A stretch of DNA of 60,000 bases from Malacoraja senta. Lineage: Eukaryota. Positions 1 to 12,105 of this stretch are shown piece by piece; positions within the stretch are counted from its first letter, which is position 1, and every line of letters starts with the position of its first letter. Below the pieces are notes generated by a model. That model saw only the letters and a program-made list of their open reading frames with translations, was not told the origin of the DNA and searched no databases. The stretch lies in assembly GCA_038087875.1 (NCBI GenBank), contig CM075990.1, forward strand, positions 12,526,001 to 12,586,000, in the 5' to 3' direction. The position numbers and the translations under genes were made by a program.

Positions 1-2362
1 CTCTTTGTCAATAGGAATCCTTCCAGAGATTGTAGATCACCAGGCTTGATGTATACCAGAAGTTAAGATGAAACAGACACTTATTGTGCTTGTTCTGCAA
101 CTGTGTTCAAGTATAACAAGGGATATCTCCAATAACATAGCAACCCCTCCCTTCAACAGTAGGCCGTTCATTCAGCCCCATTGCTACTTACAGGATGATC
201 TTGTCACAATTGGTCATAAACCAGCCCAAAACTAATTTATTCCATGATCCGCGCAAAGATCGGGTTACCATATAAGTCAGCAAAGCAATGTAGCTCGTTA
301 TGGCAAATGAAGCTTGATTGTAAGAGCTCATAGTTGTTATTTACTGTGGGTTCGGGGAGCGTGGTTAACCCAAAACAGTTCGTGTTTTTCTGTTCACACC
401 CTGTTCTTGTTGATGTTTTTATTGTTTTTAACCTGACACTCCCTCTCCACTGTTGGCACTTGTTTTTTTTAGTTTATCTACTACAGGATGTTGAGTTGCT
501 CACTCTAGCAGTTGGCAATGATCCATGCCACTTGTGCTCTGCGCTGAGCCACTTACTTAATAGAGAGCTCAGATTCAACTACATTGGTAGTGATTCTGGA
601 GTGGTTTAGTTGAGAGCTGCAGCTGAAACAGGCCCTTCGGCCCACCGAATCCGTGCCGACCAGAGATCCCCGCAAACTAACACTATCCGACACACACCAG
701 GGACAATTCACAATTATACCAAGCCAATTAACTTACAAACCTATATGTCTTTGGAGTGTGGAAGGAAACCGGAGATCCCGGAGAAAACCCACGCAGGTCA
801 CGGGGAGAACGTACAATCTCCGTACAGAGAGCGCCCCTGGTCAGGATGGAACCCGGTCTCTGGCGCTGCAAGGCAGCAACTCTACTGCTGCGCCACCATG
901 CCGCGCACAAGAGGTGGTGTAGACCAGGTGTGGGAAGCCTAAATGAGCTGCATGGACAGAATGTCCTTGTTTACAACAATGTGGTAACAATGAGCATAAT
1001 CGGTACCAGCTTTTAATTCCAGATTTAGATACTTCCGTTTAAATGATTCAGCTGGCATGATGGGGCTTGACTCATCAGTGGCCCCTGGCTGTTGATCCAC
1101 TGCCCGAAAAAACCACCATGCTAAGTGGTCTGTGGCTAAAGATGAAAGCAGGGACTCGGCACAGTGTGCAGGGACCAATGTTTCCTCCCTTCCTGCTGAC
1201 TCAAGATCTACGAACCAGGGCCAATTGTAGAAAAGCCTTGCAGAATCTTACAGCAGAGGAGGAGGCCATTCGGCCCATCTTGCCCCTCCTTTGGTTCCAC
1301 GTCCTGCAAATGACTACTTGCCCTGTGTTGGCACCCAAAGGTCTTGATCCCACCACCACTTTGTGGTCTCGACCAGGGAGTGAGCAGGAACTTAAATTTA
1401 AGACTAAGGGGTAAGCCATTTGATGAGGGGAAATCTCTTCTCCCAAAGAGTGATGAACCCATGGAAATCTCAGCCCCAGAAAGCAGTTGAAGCTAAATCA
1501 TTAAATATATGAAGGAAGGAATTAGATAGGTGCAGAGGGAGCAAGGGGTACAGAGTTAAAGGGGGAACCAGCTACTGAATTTGTACACAAAAAACTGGAG
1601 TAACTCAGCGGGACAGGCAGCATCTCTGGAGAAAAGGAATGGGTGACGTTTCGGGTTGAGTCTCTCCAGAGATGCTGCCTGTCCTGCTGAGTTACTCCTG
1701 CTTCTTGTGTCTATGGTTTAAATCAGCATCTGCAGTTCCTTCCCACACTGAATCATAGCCATGATTATTAAAGCCTCAAAGGATCAGAGGGCCCTCTCCT
1801 GCTTCTTTCCTCTGAGTTTCTATGTCACGTGTGCTATCCTCTGGAGGGTCACACTCGCCATCTGCTGTGATGGAGTTTGACTTATCAGTGGACCTTGGAT
1901 GCTGGTCGACTGGCTATACCACGTTACAACCACACACCCACCTGTGGTTTGTGGATGTAATGGAGTAAACATGCTCACACACACACATCCACCGCCTCAT
2001 TCTTTAGCTGTTGTGTTTGAGGGTGTGGGTGGCTGAGGTTCCTCTGTATCCCGCGCCCGGCTTCTGGATGAAGAACTCTCTCCTCACTTTCCTCTCGTCC
2101 ACTTGTCAGTCACACTAAATCTGTAGCAATTGAACTGGGAAAATCAACTGTGGAAGGGTCATAGAAACATAGAAAATAGGTGCAGGAGGAGGCCATTCGG
2201 CCCTTCGAGACAGCACCGCCATTCATTGTGATCATGGCTGATCGTTCCCTATCAATAACCCTTATCCCTTGACTCCACTAGCCCCTAGAGCTCTATCTAA
2301 CTCTCTCTTAAATCCATCAAAGCGTTGGAATAAATCATACAGCGTTGTGTCTATGTTAGTCT

Positions 2363-2618
2363 GTGTTCAAGATGGCGGTTGGAGGGGAGAGTGGACGCTG
2401 GCGCGGTTTAGCTGCCGCTGCTCTCTCCTCAAATTGTGTTTCTGATTTTCTTTTTTGTGTCTTTGGAATGAATTCTGTCCTTAATTTGTGTTTTGGTGAT
2501 GTCTTTATAATTTATTTTTTTCTGATTATATGTTTCTTATTTGTCAATCTCTGTAAGGCGTCCTTGAGACCTCGGTATAAGGCGCCCGTAAATAAAAGTA
2601 ATTATTATTATTATTATA
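2363..2618 (+). mobile_element. Short non-autonomous element with L2-type 3' tail
   Basis: Begins with CAAGATGGCGG (YY1-like) and ends TGTAAGGCGTCCTTGAG..AAGGCGCC..AAATAAAA + (TAT)n. Confidence 0.55.
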
Positions 2619-2661
2619 CATCTACGAACGCTGATTTAAATTTTAAAGTCTTAAATACCAT

Positions 2662-2734
2662 TGCCGAAACCCGGGATTGAACCAGGGACCTTTAGACCTT
2701 CAGTCTAACGCTCTCCCAACTGAGCTATTTCGTC
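2662..2734 (-). tRNA. tRNA-Phe (GAA), variant or recent pseudogene
   Basis: Reverse complement GACGAAATAGCTCAGTTGGGAGAGCGTTAGACTGAAGGTCTAAAGGTCCCTGGTTCAATCCCGGGTTTCGGCA, 73 nt, near-identical to vertebrate tRNA-Phe with A and B boxes intact. It has an A2-G71 acceptor-stem mismatch, G at position 38, and no adjacent T4 terminator. Confidence 0.85.
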
Positions 2735-5624
2735 ATCGAATGTGATGTCTGCAGCGCAGGGCAGTAGAGCTGCTGCCTCACAGTGCCAGAGGCCCCAGTT
2801 CAATCCTGACTACAGGTACGGTGTCTGTGGAGTTTGCACATTCTCCCTGGGTTTTCTCTGGGTGCTCCGACTTCCTCTCACATCCTGAAGATGTGCAGGT
2901 TTGCAGGTAAATTGCTACTGGTGTGTAGGATGTGAAAGTGGAACCAGTGAACGATGGTCAGCGTGGACTTGCTGGGCCGAAGGGGCCTGTTTCAGTGCTG
3001 TACCTCTGATACTAAAACTAAGGAGCAGGCTCTTCGACCCATCGAGACCACATCAGCTCCTTCACAGAGCCGTCCATTCTGAAGTTCATTACCCCAAACC
3101 CTCTTTTAGTTTCAGCGGGTATCTATCAGGTTCGCCTGGAACGTTACACCCGCATTTTTTTCACTTCCCTGCCAGGCACTGCGTCCAAATTCCTACCGTG
3201 TAGGAAAGAACTGCAGATGCCGGTTTAAATTGAAGGTAGACACAGAATGCTGGAGTAACTCAGTGGGCCAGGCAGCATCTCCGGAGAGAAGGGATGGGTG
3301 ACGTTTCGGGTCGAGACCCTTCTTGTCTCCATTCCTTGTCTCCAGAGATGCTGCCTGGCCCGCTGAGTTCCAGCATTCTATGTCTACCTTCCAAATCCTA
3401 CCATTTGGTTGGATTAAAAAAAAATCTCCCCCTTTCAATTTGTCTCCTCTGTCATTCACTGTAAGTCTGTGCCCATTGCTTATCAACTCTCAGTCAATAG
3501 AAGAGCATTCTTACCAGAACCCTCATGATATTAATATCTCCATTAGATTTTGTTGTAACCTTCTCTGATGGAGTCATACAGTGTGGCAAACATGCCCTTT
3601 GGCCCAACTTGCCCACACCGACCAACATGTCCCATCTACACTGGTCCAACCAGCCTGCGTTTGGCCCACATCCCTCCAAAGCGGTCCTATCCGTATCCAT
3701 GCTCCAAGGAAATGCATCTCCAGCCTATCCCACTGAATAGCTGCTATTTTAGTACCAGTCAGATAAATCACTCTTGAACTGCTCCAAAGCATTCCCGACA
3801 AGGCCTTCAGGTGGATGTTTAACCCCTGCACCATATGTTGAGGCTAGGATTGACTCACTGTTCCTTACTTTCATTTGGTCAGTAGTTCACATTGAATTCA
3901 GGCATTCAAGATATTTAGCTTTGTGTTATAGAATCATACAGCATGGAAACAGGCCCCTCGGCCCAAGTTGCCCACGCCGACCAACGTGTCCCGTCTAAAC
4001 TAGTCACACCGGCCTGCGTTTAGCCCATATCCTTCTCAACATACTACCTATATACCTGTCCAAACACTTCTTAGATGTTGTAATAATACCAACCTCAACT
4101 ACCTCCTCCGGCAGCTCGTTCCATATGCCTACCACCCTTTGTGTAAAAAGGCAGTCCCTCGGGTTCCTGTTGCATCTTTCCCCCCTTGCTTTAAACCTCT
4201 GTCCTCTGGTTCTTGATTCCCCTACTCTGGGTAAAAGACTGTGCATTTACCCGATCTATTCCTCTCATGGGGAATGTTCTATAGTTTTTTGTCACTTCTG
4301 GTAAAAGCATCTTAAACCACGTTGTGCAGAAATTAGCATTATGTACATGGGAAATAACATTTGGGGAAAACATTTGGCTAAATGAGCAAATTGCAGCACA
4401 CAATCCCTGGAACTTGTGGATCCGAGAGGGAGAATATAGGGGACCCGGGGTGGGGGAACTGCTGAGAACTAAAGGGGACCACCAGTGGAATGTGTTAAAA
4501 TATGATACGTAACTCTGTCAACGCCCTTTATGTGGCCACTCTTTGCATACCCTGGATATGCAAAACAAGGAATATCACCGTGATTTGTCACATGTGACAA
4601 TAAAGTATCGTCGTTCGTTCATTCATCATTGAAGATGAATGTGTCCAACCAGCAAGAGACAAAGAGATCCATCAGGATCCATCCTTCTCAAGAGCAGAAA
4701 CTGGAGGAGATTATTTGCAGCAGCTGCAAGATCTGGGTCGGACTTTTAGAGTCACTGGCAATGCTGCCTGCAAAGCTGGTAAGAGAACCTCGTTGAGAAT
4801 CCTAGACTCAACATATGGTGCAGGGGTTAAACATCTACCCGAATTCCACCCCCCCCCCTTCAGATCACTAGAGACCCACGAGGACCATGCCTGAGATGTT
4901 ACCTACCAGCAGTGGAAAATGTGACTTTGTCTGTTTTTAGATACAGAGCATAGCTCGGAGCAGAGAAACATGTACAGTGCAATTGATTTTCCGCAAACCC
5001 AAGATGTGTGGTGTGTTGGAAACAGCCTCCACATTTCCCCCCTGCTTTGTATATTCTACATCACACACAGATGCAATTCTGGAGGAGGAGTGGAACGATA
5101 GAGGTATTAGGGACTTTTTTTAGATATTAGAAATGAATTACTGTGGTAAGGTAGGTGGTGAATTAAATTTGATTATTTCCAGTTCTAGCCAGCCGATCCA
5201 AGAGGGATATTGCACCAGAAAGCCGAGAAAGTAAACAGAAACTGCCGCCCCCACATCTTCTACATTCCCCTTACAGATCTGGGAGGGGGGAGAAATCTTG
5301 GACAGACTCTGGTGCAGTTCCTGGAGCCAGAAGATGTTTTGTTCTTTGGGAGGTGAGATGTGTGCCTTGGTGAGCTCTCCATTGCCCGTGACCCTCCCCA
5401 CCAGATCCATTGAATTGCTTCACTCCATGAGAGGTCACTCATGGTCCACTTCAGCCAAAACAGGTTTTCATAAGTTCTCGGAGCAGAATTAGGCCATTTG
5501 GCCCATCGAGTCTACTCCGTCATTCAATCGTGGTTGATCTATCTTTGCCTCCCAACCCCACTCTCCTGCCTTTGCCCCATAACCCCTGAAACTTTTACTA
5601 ATCACAGCACCTACCGTGCAACTT

Positions 5625-6382
5625 GAATGAATGAATGAATGAATAAGTTTATTGGCCAAGTATTCACATACAAGGAATTTGCCTTGGTGCTCCGCCCACA
5701 AGTAACAACATGACATACGGTGACAGTTAGGAATGGCACATAAAACATTAAACATTAATAATAAAACATTATTGATTAAACATGTGAATTAAATAAAATA
5801 CCAGAACAAGAGGAGGCTACAGATTTTTGGTTATTGAGTAGAGCTACTCCTCGTGGAAAAAAAGCTGTTTTTATGTCTGGCTGTGGCAGCTTTGACAGTC
5901 CGGAGTCGCCTTCCAGAGGGAAGTGATTCAAAGAGTTTGTGGCCAGGGTGAGAGGGGTCAGAGATGATCTTGCCCGCTCGCTTCCTGGCCCTTGCAGTGT
6001 ACAGTTCGTCAATGGGGGGAAGGTTGCAGCCAACAACCTTCTCAGCTGATCGGACGATTCGCTGCAGCCTCCGGGTGTCGTGCTTGGTGGCTGAGCCAAA
6101 CCAGACCAAGATGGAGAAGGTGAGGACAGACTCTACGATGGCCGTGTAGAATTGGACCATCATTGCCTGTGGCAGGTACACAAAAATGCTGGAGAAACTC
6201 AGCGGGTGCAGCAGCATCTATGGAGCGAAGGAAATAGGTAACGTTTCGGGCCGAAACCCTTCTTCAGACTGATAGGGAGATTGTGGCAGATTGTGCTTCC
6301 TCAGCTGCCGCAGGAAGTACATCCTCTGTTGTGCCTTTTTGACTGTGGAGTCGATGGTGGCCCCCCATTCAAGGTCCTTGAT
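5625..6382 (-). mobile_element. Rex1/Babar-clade LINE 3' fragment, interrupted by a PLE pLTR (~6175-6272)
   Basis: FYTAIVESVLTFSILVWFG..LQRIVRSAEKVVG..IISDPSHPGHKLFESLPSGRRLR..KNSFF; (CATT)n tail. Confidence 0.85.
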
Positions 6383-7444
6383 CCAGTGATAGTTGATGAT
6401 TTACTGAGTAACTCACTTCATGACCTTGGAGTCTAACACCATTATCCCCATCAACCTGCCCCTGCTGTCAGTTTCTTATGGGTACTGCATCACCAACCCT
6501 TGCCTGCCTCTTATTTTGTTCTTTCTCCACCCAGTCACCAATCACAACTACCACAAACTTCCTCCCCCACCCTGGATGACTGTCCCAACCCATGTGTTTC
6601 CAGTCCCCCTCAAGTTCTGACTCAACCCTGCCCTATTCTGACCTCCTCTGCATAGGCCTGCCCAGTATCACTGATTCAAGAACTCTGCAATCTCCGACGT
6701 TCTGCACTGTGTGCATGTAAAGACCTTTCTTGCAAAAGAAAATCCTTTACAGGCGCAAGGTATGCAAAACTGATCCCATTGCACACAATGGGTTGGCCTC
6801 ATCCAAAGTAGAGTATTGCAACAGGGAGTCATGAACGTAGCCAAATCTCCATCCACACTGAGCATCTGGTTTTCCATTGTTTATTCAGTGGAGTGGATGC
6901 TTTTAAATAAACAGAAGATGAGACCATGATGGCCAACAACCAAAATGAACCAACACCATTAACACAGCATTCTAACCAATGGTACTTCATGGATGATTTT
7001 GTTGGGCACTATTGGACACTGAATTATTAATGAAAATTGAACGGCAGCTTGGTCTAACTTCAATAGAACATCTTGAAGGATTTTCTTATTGTGTCTTGCT
7101 CTAACCTCTTGCTTTATTTCACGGTCTTCTATCTTTTGGAACTCTTATTATAATCGATATTTTTGTGCCTTTGAATCCATGTGCCTGTGATGCTGTTGCA
7201 AGCGAGGTTGTTATTGTACTAGTGCCCCACCTGTGCATGACAATAAACTCAACTTGAGGAACATACGATGGGGTGGAAAGATTTGGAGAGGCTAATTTTT
7301 CGAGATGTGGGCCTTGGCAGTTGAAAGCACAAGCTTCAATGATGGGCTGTTGGAAACCAGCGGTACTTGGGAGGCTAAATTGATCAATAAGTTAAATGCT
7401 GACACAATCACACACTGGGTTTTCAAAGCCCATGGTGCTTATTT

Positions 7445-8391
7445 TTATGACATCTCCAAAAGAAGTCCCAAGTTTAGAGGACAACGCAGTGGGCCCTGCA
7501 GATGACATAGATGTTTCCCCAGCAGAAACATGAATCCATAATTTGCCACCTGCTTGAGACTATGTCTATTATTCCCATGGAAGAATAAGGAACTGGACTG
7601 TGATCTGGTCATAGATTGAAATATGGGCGGGGGGGTAGGGTGTTTCAGAAGGCTTTAATAAATTAGAAATTCCTCATCCCTCGATGTAGCCTATTCTTTA
7701 AGAGCATGAATAGCCTTTTTGTTTTCAAGTTGTGTTGTTGTACATTTCAAGTTGCTGCTACCAATTTCATGCAAATGAAAGTGGGGTTTTTCCAGATAAT
7801 AAAATCTGTAGCATACAGAGTGATGGGAAGCTTCAGTGAAAGACTTGAGTATATTGTGAGCAGGATACTCACTGCCGTGTGGGTGTATGTGTGGGCCGAG
7901 ACACAGGATGGAGGACTTAACACACTATCACAGTTTCAGATACAAGTTGGGTGCTCACTCAGAACCTGCTGCTCATCTGTTGCCCATTATAAGTTGCTGC
8001 CACTAGCTGGGAATTACTTATTCAATGCCCTAACCATAAAGAGACTGGGCAACAGGTAACAAATCAGTACAGCTGTTCAATAAAAGCCCACATTATCTAT
8101 TATGACATCTCCAAAAGAAGTCCCAAGTTTAGAGGACAACGCAGTGGGCCCTGCAGATGACATAGATGTTTCCCCAGCAGAAATATGAATCCATAATTTG
8201 CCACCTGCTTGAGACTATGTCTATTATTCCCGTGGAAGAATAAGGAACTGGACTGTGATCTGGTCATAGATTGAAATATGGGCGGCGGCGGCGGGGGGGG
8301 GGGGGGGGGCGGGTTTCAGAAGGCTTTAATAAATTAGAAATTCTTCATCCCTCGATGTAGCCTATTCTTTAAGAGTATGAATAGCCTTTTT
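7445..8391 (+). repeat. Direct repeat pair (7445-7720 and 8100-8391) around a 379-bp unique spacer
   Basis: Both copies run TTATGACATCTCCAAAAGAAGTCCC...GAATAGCCTTTTT; they differ by a few substitutions and an expanded G-tract in copy 2. Confidence 0.93.
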
Positions 8392-10074
8392 TTCACCACA
8401 TCTTTCACATACCCAGAATGACATTACTTTGCAAGTAAACTCTGTTTCATATGAAGAGACATGATATGCACACATTGGGACGTATTTACAATCCTCCAAT
8501 CTACCTCGTTGCGGCCCTTGCCCTTTTTAATCTGCAATTTCTCTGCAGCTGGAACACTCTGCGTTCTTCCCTTTCTCTTTCAGCCCTAACTGTTGTATCA
8601 TGTATTGTTTGATTATAAAGTGTTTCACTGTTTCTCCGTGCACCTGACAATAATAAACCAATACTAAATCAAACAGCAGGATGACAGTAGGGTTGTATTC
8701 AGGCACTGGCCAGGGCACCCTGCATCACCCCGATATTGTGGCGTGGGCTTTTATTACACCCATCCAAGATGGTGCAGGGGCGGTAATTTTATTGTTCTCA
8801 CACGCTCAGCATTTTACCAAGAATGTCCCCCCTCCCTCCCCTCCCACCCTGAGGTGTCTGCAGCGGCAGTCAAACTCGTAGCCTGCGGGCTCTAAGTCAG
8901 ACGTGACAGGTACCCACAGCCCATTGCAGTTGGAAAAGAGACAGGCGCGTAAACTTATAGAAACATTACAAAATTCTTAAAGGATTGGACAGGCTAGATG
9001 CAGGAAAAATGAGGGAGTCCAGAACCAGGGCTCACAGTTTAAGAATAAGGGATAGGCCATTTAGGACTGAGATGAGGAAAAAAAAAAGGTTTCACCCAGA
9101 GAGTTGTGAATCTGTGGAATTCTCTGCCACAGAAGGCAGTGGAGGCCAATTCACTGGATGTTTTCAAGAGAGTTTGATATAGCTCTTAGGGCTAATGGAA
9201 TCAAGGGATATGTGGGAAAAGCAGGAATGGGACACTGATTTTGGATGATCAGCCATGATCATATTGAATGGCGGGTGCTGACTCGAAGGGCCGAATGCCC
9301 TACTCCTCCATCTATTTTCTATGTAAGGCGAGCAGAATGTAAATATTGTTAGCAGCACCTCAATTCAGAAATCACCTGGAGTAAAGTGATTCCCATTGTA
9401 CATTTGTTACACTTGCTGCTGCACCCAGCTGCTGAGCAAAGAGGATGGCTGGGGTTTAATGAACTTTGAGTGGGGCGAGTAAGAATGAGCCGTTCTGGGA
9501 ACCAAAAGCATCGTGGACCCGCAGGGAGTGTGCGAACAGTGCCGCATCTATGGCATCCTGCTGAAGACTGGCTGAGTGGAAGTCCCACTTAGTGAAACGC
9601 TCGCTCATGAAACGCTGCAGAATACAGCTGGCCAGATTAATCTGCATTCCACTGTTGCACAAGTGTGCAAGGAACAAGAGGACAAGAATTTCAGGAACTC
9701 GATAGCTTTGATCAGAGTTTGCGGTAACTTTGGTACTTTAACTTTACATTTAGTCTTGGTCTTTAACTTCACATTTAAAGACCTTTAAAGTCGTTCCTTC
9801 CTCCAGTCCCTCGGTGAAAGAGTGTACGGTGGCAACTGCACCTCAGAGGGAGAACTAACCAGGGCTGTCCATGTTTTGCTTGTAAACCCCAAAATTTGGT
9901 TTGGAACCAATTTATAACTCTTAAAAAAAACCATCACAACGTAATAAGAAAAAAAGAGAAGTCACTATTTCAGATCTGCATCTAGATTAACTCAAACGCA
10001 GTATTGCACTATTGAACTGGCAGCAGTCTAAAGTATTGTCAGGCAAATGCAGCAAAGAGCACAATCTTTCTTAC

Positions 10075-10150
10075 CTTTTGTAACTGTGCCGAGAAGCAGT
10101 AGGACAGTCAACGCTCGTAGCTGACAGGTTATCCACGTTTGAACATCCAT
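10075..10150 (-). CDS. VSIR: First coding (signal-peptide) exon of a nested antisense gene, most likely V-set immunoregulatory receptor VISTA
   Basis: Minus strand gtaATGG (G at -3, G at +4) gives MDVQTWITCQLRALTVLLLLGTVTK + G|gtaaga: 76 nt, phase-1 donor, hydrophobic core, typical of an Ig-superfamily leader exon. It lies in unique sequence in the intron preceding the 222-nt CDH23 exon, where human VSIR is nested antisense (recalled). The IgV exon is not in the window, so identity rests on synteny. Confidence 0.7.
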
Positions 10151-10225
10151 TACTGTGTGCTTCTCTTCCCAGACTCAATCTCCTTTCATCTGTTAGCTCC
10201 CCTGTCCGAGTGTATGTGTACGAGT

Positions 10226-10245
10226 GAGAGAGAGAGAGAGAGAGA
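10226..10245. repeat. (GA)n microsatellite in the putative 5' leader or promoter of the nested gene
   Basis: About 10 uninterrupted GA units. Confidence 0.9.
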
Positions 10246-10310
10246 TCCTCATTGATGTTTACTGTGTGAGCTTGAAGCATTGACTTCAGGCCAGAATGTG
10301 TGAGTGCCTG

Positions 10311-10368
10311 TGTTTAATAGGCTGTGGCTCAAGCTCTGTGTAAGAAACTTGAAACCACAAATTTGCAT
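10311..10368 (-). promoter_or_regulatory. Candidate proximal promoter motifs of the nested gene (octamer, RUNX site, TATA-like)
   Basis: ATTTGCAT octamer (10361-10368) directly next to RUNX consensus AACCACA (10353-10359); TATTAAA on the - strand at 10319-10313; all ~160-220 bp upstream of the ATG at 10150. Confidence 0.3.
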
Positions 10369-11076
10369 GAGGCGGTCTCACGAATGTTTTAATTGGCCCC
10401 GGCCTCAGGAACTGGCGCCTCTATTGCTGCTGTCAGACAATACTTTAGAAGAGAAGAAGCAGGCTGGTACCTATTCCTGGCTCTTGGCAAATTTGCTCCT
10501 CCAAACCCCCCCAATAATTCAGGGTGATAATGACACAAATGGTAAAGTGGGCCACTCCACCAAAGCTGCCAGGAATGCATGCATTATGACACATGAGGAC
10601 CTATGTTACACTCAGTGTGCAGAGTCTAAGTTGCTCCTATGTACTCGGAGCAGAATTAGGCCATTCAGCCCATCAAGTCAACTCTGCCATTCAATCAAGG
10701 CTGATCTACCTTTCCCTCAACCCCATTCTCCTGCCTTCTCCCCATAACCCTTGACCCCCCTGCTGACTGCAGGTGGCCATGTTCATGCTGCTTTAATGCA
10801 TGTCATCACCTCCTCCACAGCCAACAATGGAGCATTGTGGGCTCCTTGGCCATTGGTACCGGCTCTGATTTGTTCTGTACCTTTTCATACCTCTAGTTTC
10901 CCCTCTCTCCTGACTGAGTCTGAAGAAGGATCTCGACCCGAAACGTCACCTATTCCTTTTCTCCACAGATGATCTCCTTGATCTCCCAAGCTCGATAAAC
11001 AACACCCCCTCCCCAATATTTTTCCTCCATCTCCAATGTTATTTAAAAGACAAAGCACATTAGATTATAGTCACAA

Positions 11077-11639
11077 TTCGACTAAGTGGGACCCGTTGGG
11101 TCCCAGCTTTACAAGGGAGGGCTGGTCCCCTAACGCAATATTCCACCTCTCCACCAATTCCAATATTGCTGGCCAGTGGGGGGGGGGGGGTGTTCTGGAG
11201 CGCTAATATGGGTGTTGTGGACCAAAGGGACTGGTTTCCAGACCACATGAAACCACATAAACCACATAAAGGGCACACAGTTCAGTAGACACTCAGTGTT
11301 GTGTAGATTCCCAGCTCAGACTGAGAGTCATGGCCTCTCCCTCACCATCTTGCAGCGACTGAGTCACGTCCAGACTTCCGGGTTTTATAGTCCCTCCCCC
11401 CGGGAAGGGTGTGGCCTTCATTGTGGTGATTGACAGGAGAGAGAATCTCAAGATTTTTTAAACACTAATAATTTTTATTTTTCATCGATGGGAATAATCC
11501 TCAGGGCCTGATCATCGGGGGAGGACTCTGACTAAGATGGCCAAAAAGTCACAGCCATATATGGTAGCGTTTTTTTTCTCTAAAATCAAACAACAACGCA
11601 AACAGGAAGTGGTCAAGATGAGACTTTTAATTATATAGA
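11077..11639 (-). mobile_element. Non-autonomous Helitron-like element
   Basis: On the - strand it starts A|TCTATATAATTAAAA (Helitron 5' TC). It ends with GC hairpin GGGACCC-AAC-GGGTCCC (11088-11104) ~11 nt before a degenerate terminus (CGAA|T instead of CTAG|T). Confidence 0.6.
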
Positions 11640-11666
11640 TGTAATACAGCACTGAACCAGGCAACT

Positions 11667-12105
11667 TGTGTAGGAAGGAACCGCAGATGCTGGTTTATAC
11701 TGAAGATGGACACAAAATGCTGGAGTAACTCAGCGGGTCAGGCAGCATCTGTGGAGAAAAGGAATGAGTGACGTTTTGGATTGGGACCCTTCTTCAGACT
11801 GAGAGTCAGGGGAGAGGGAAACTAGAGGTATGAAAAGGTGCAGAACAAATCAGAGCCGGATGGCCAAAGAGCCCACAATTGTCCATTGTTGGCTGTGGAG
11901 GAAATGATAACGAGGGGATATGAACAATGAAACCAGCAGGATGACTGGTGGGGGTGGTACAGAGAGAATGGGAATGCAAGGATTATTTGGAATTAGAGAA
12001 ATCAATACTCGTTGTAAGCTGCCCAAGTGAAATATGAGGTGCTGTTGTAAGCTGCCTAAGTGAAATATGAGGTGCTGTCTCTCCAATGTGCATGTGGCCT
12101 CACTC
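11667..12105 (-). mobile_element. Older PLE 3' fragment
   Basis: ORF 11850-12086 shows QHLIFHLGSLQ (locally duplicated), followed by a degenerate pLTR. An opposed related fragment lies at ~10795-10972 (+). Confidence 0.75.

Noticed and set aside
610..1016. Many 60-130-aa ORFs over V-SINE, CR1 and pLTR copies throughout the window
   Set aside because: They are recurring translations of non-coding repeats or decayed LINE fragments, not host genes.
1..10074. Search for the VISTA IgV exon on the minus strand
   Set aside because: No ORF with IgV cysteine/tryptophan spacing or VISTA-like motifs was found by eye; it is presumed to lie left of the window.
10071..10280. 69-aa minus-strand ORF in the track as an independent gene
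   Set aside because: Low-complexity translation of the (CT)n repeat; the meaningful frame is the leader peptide starting at 10150.
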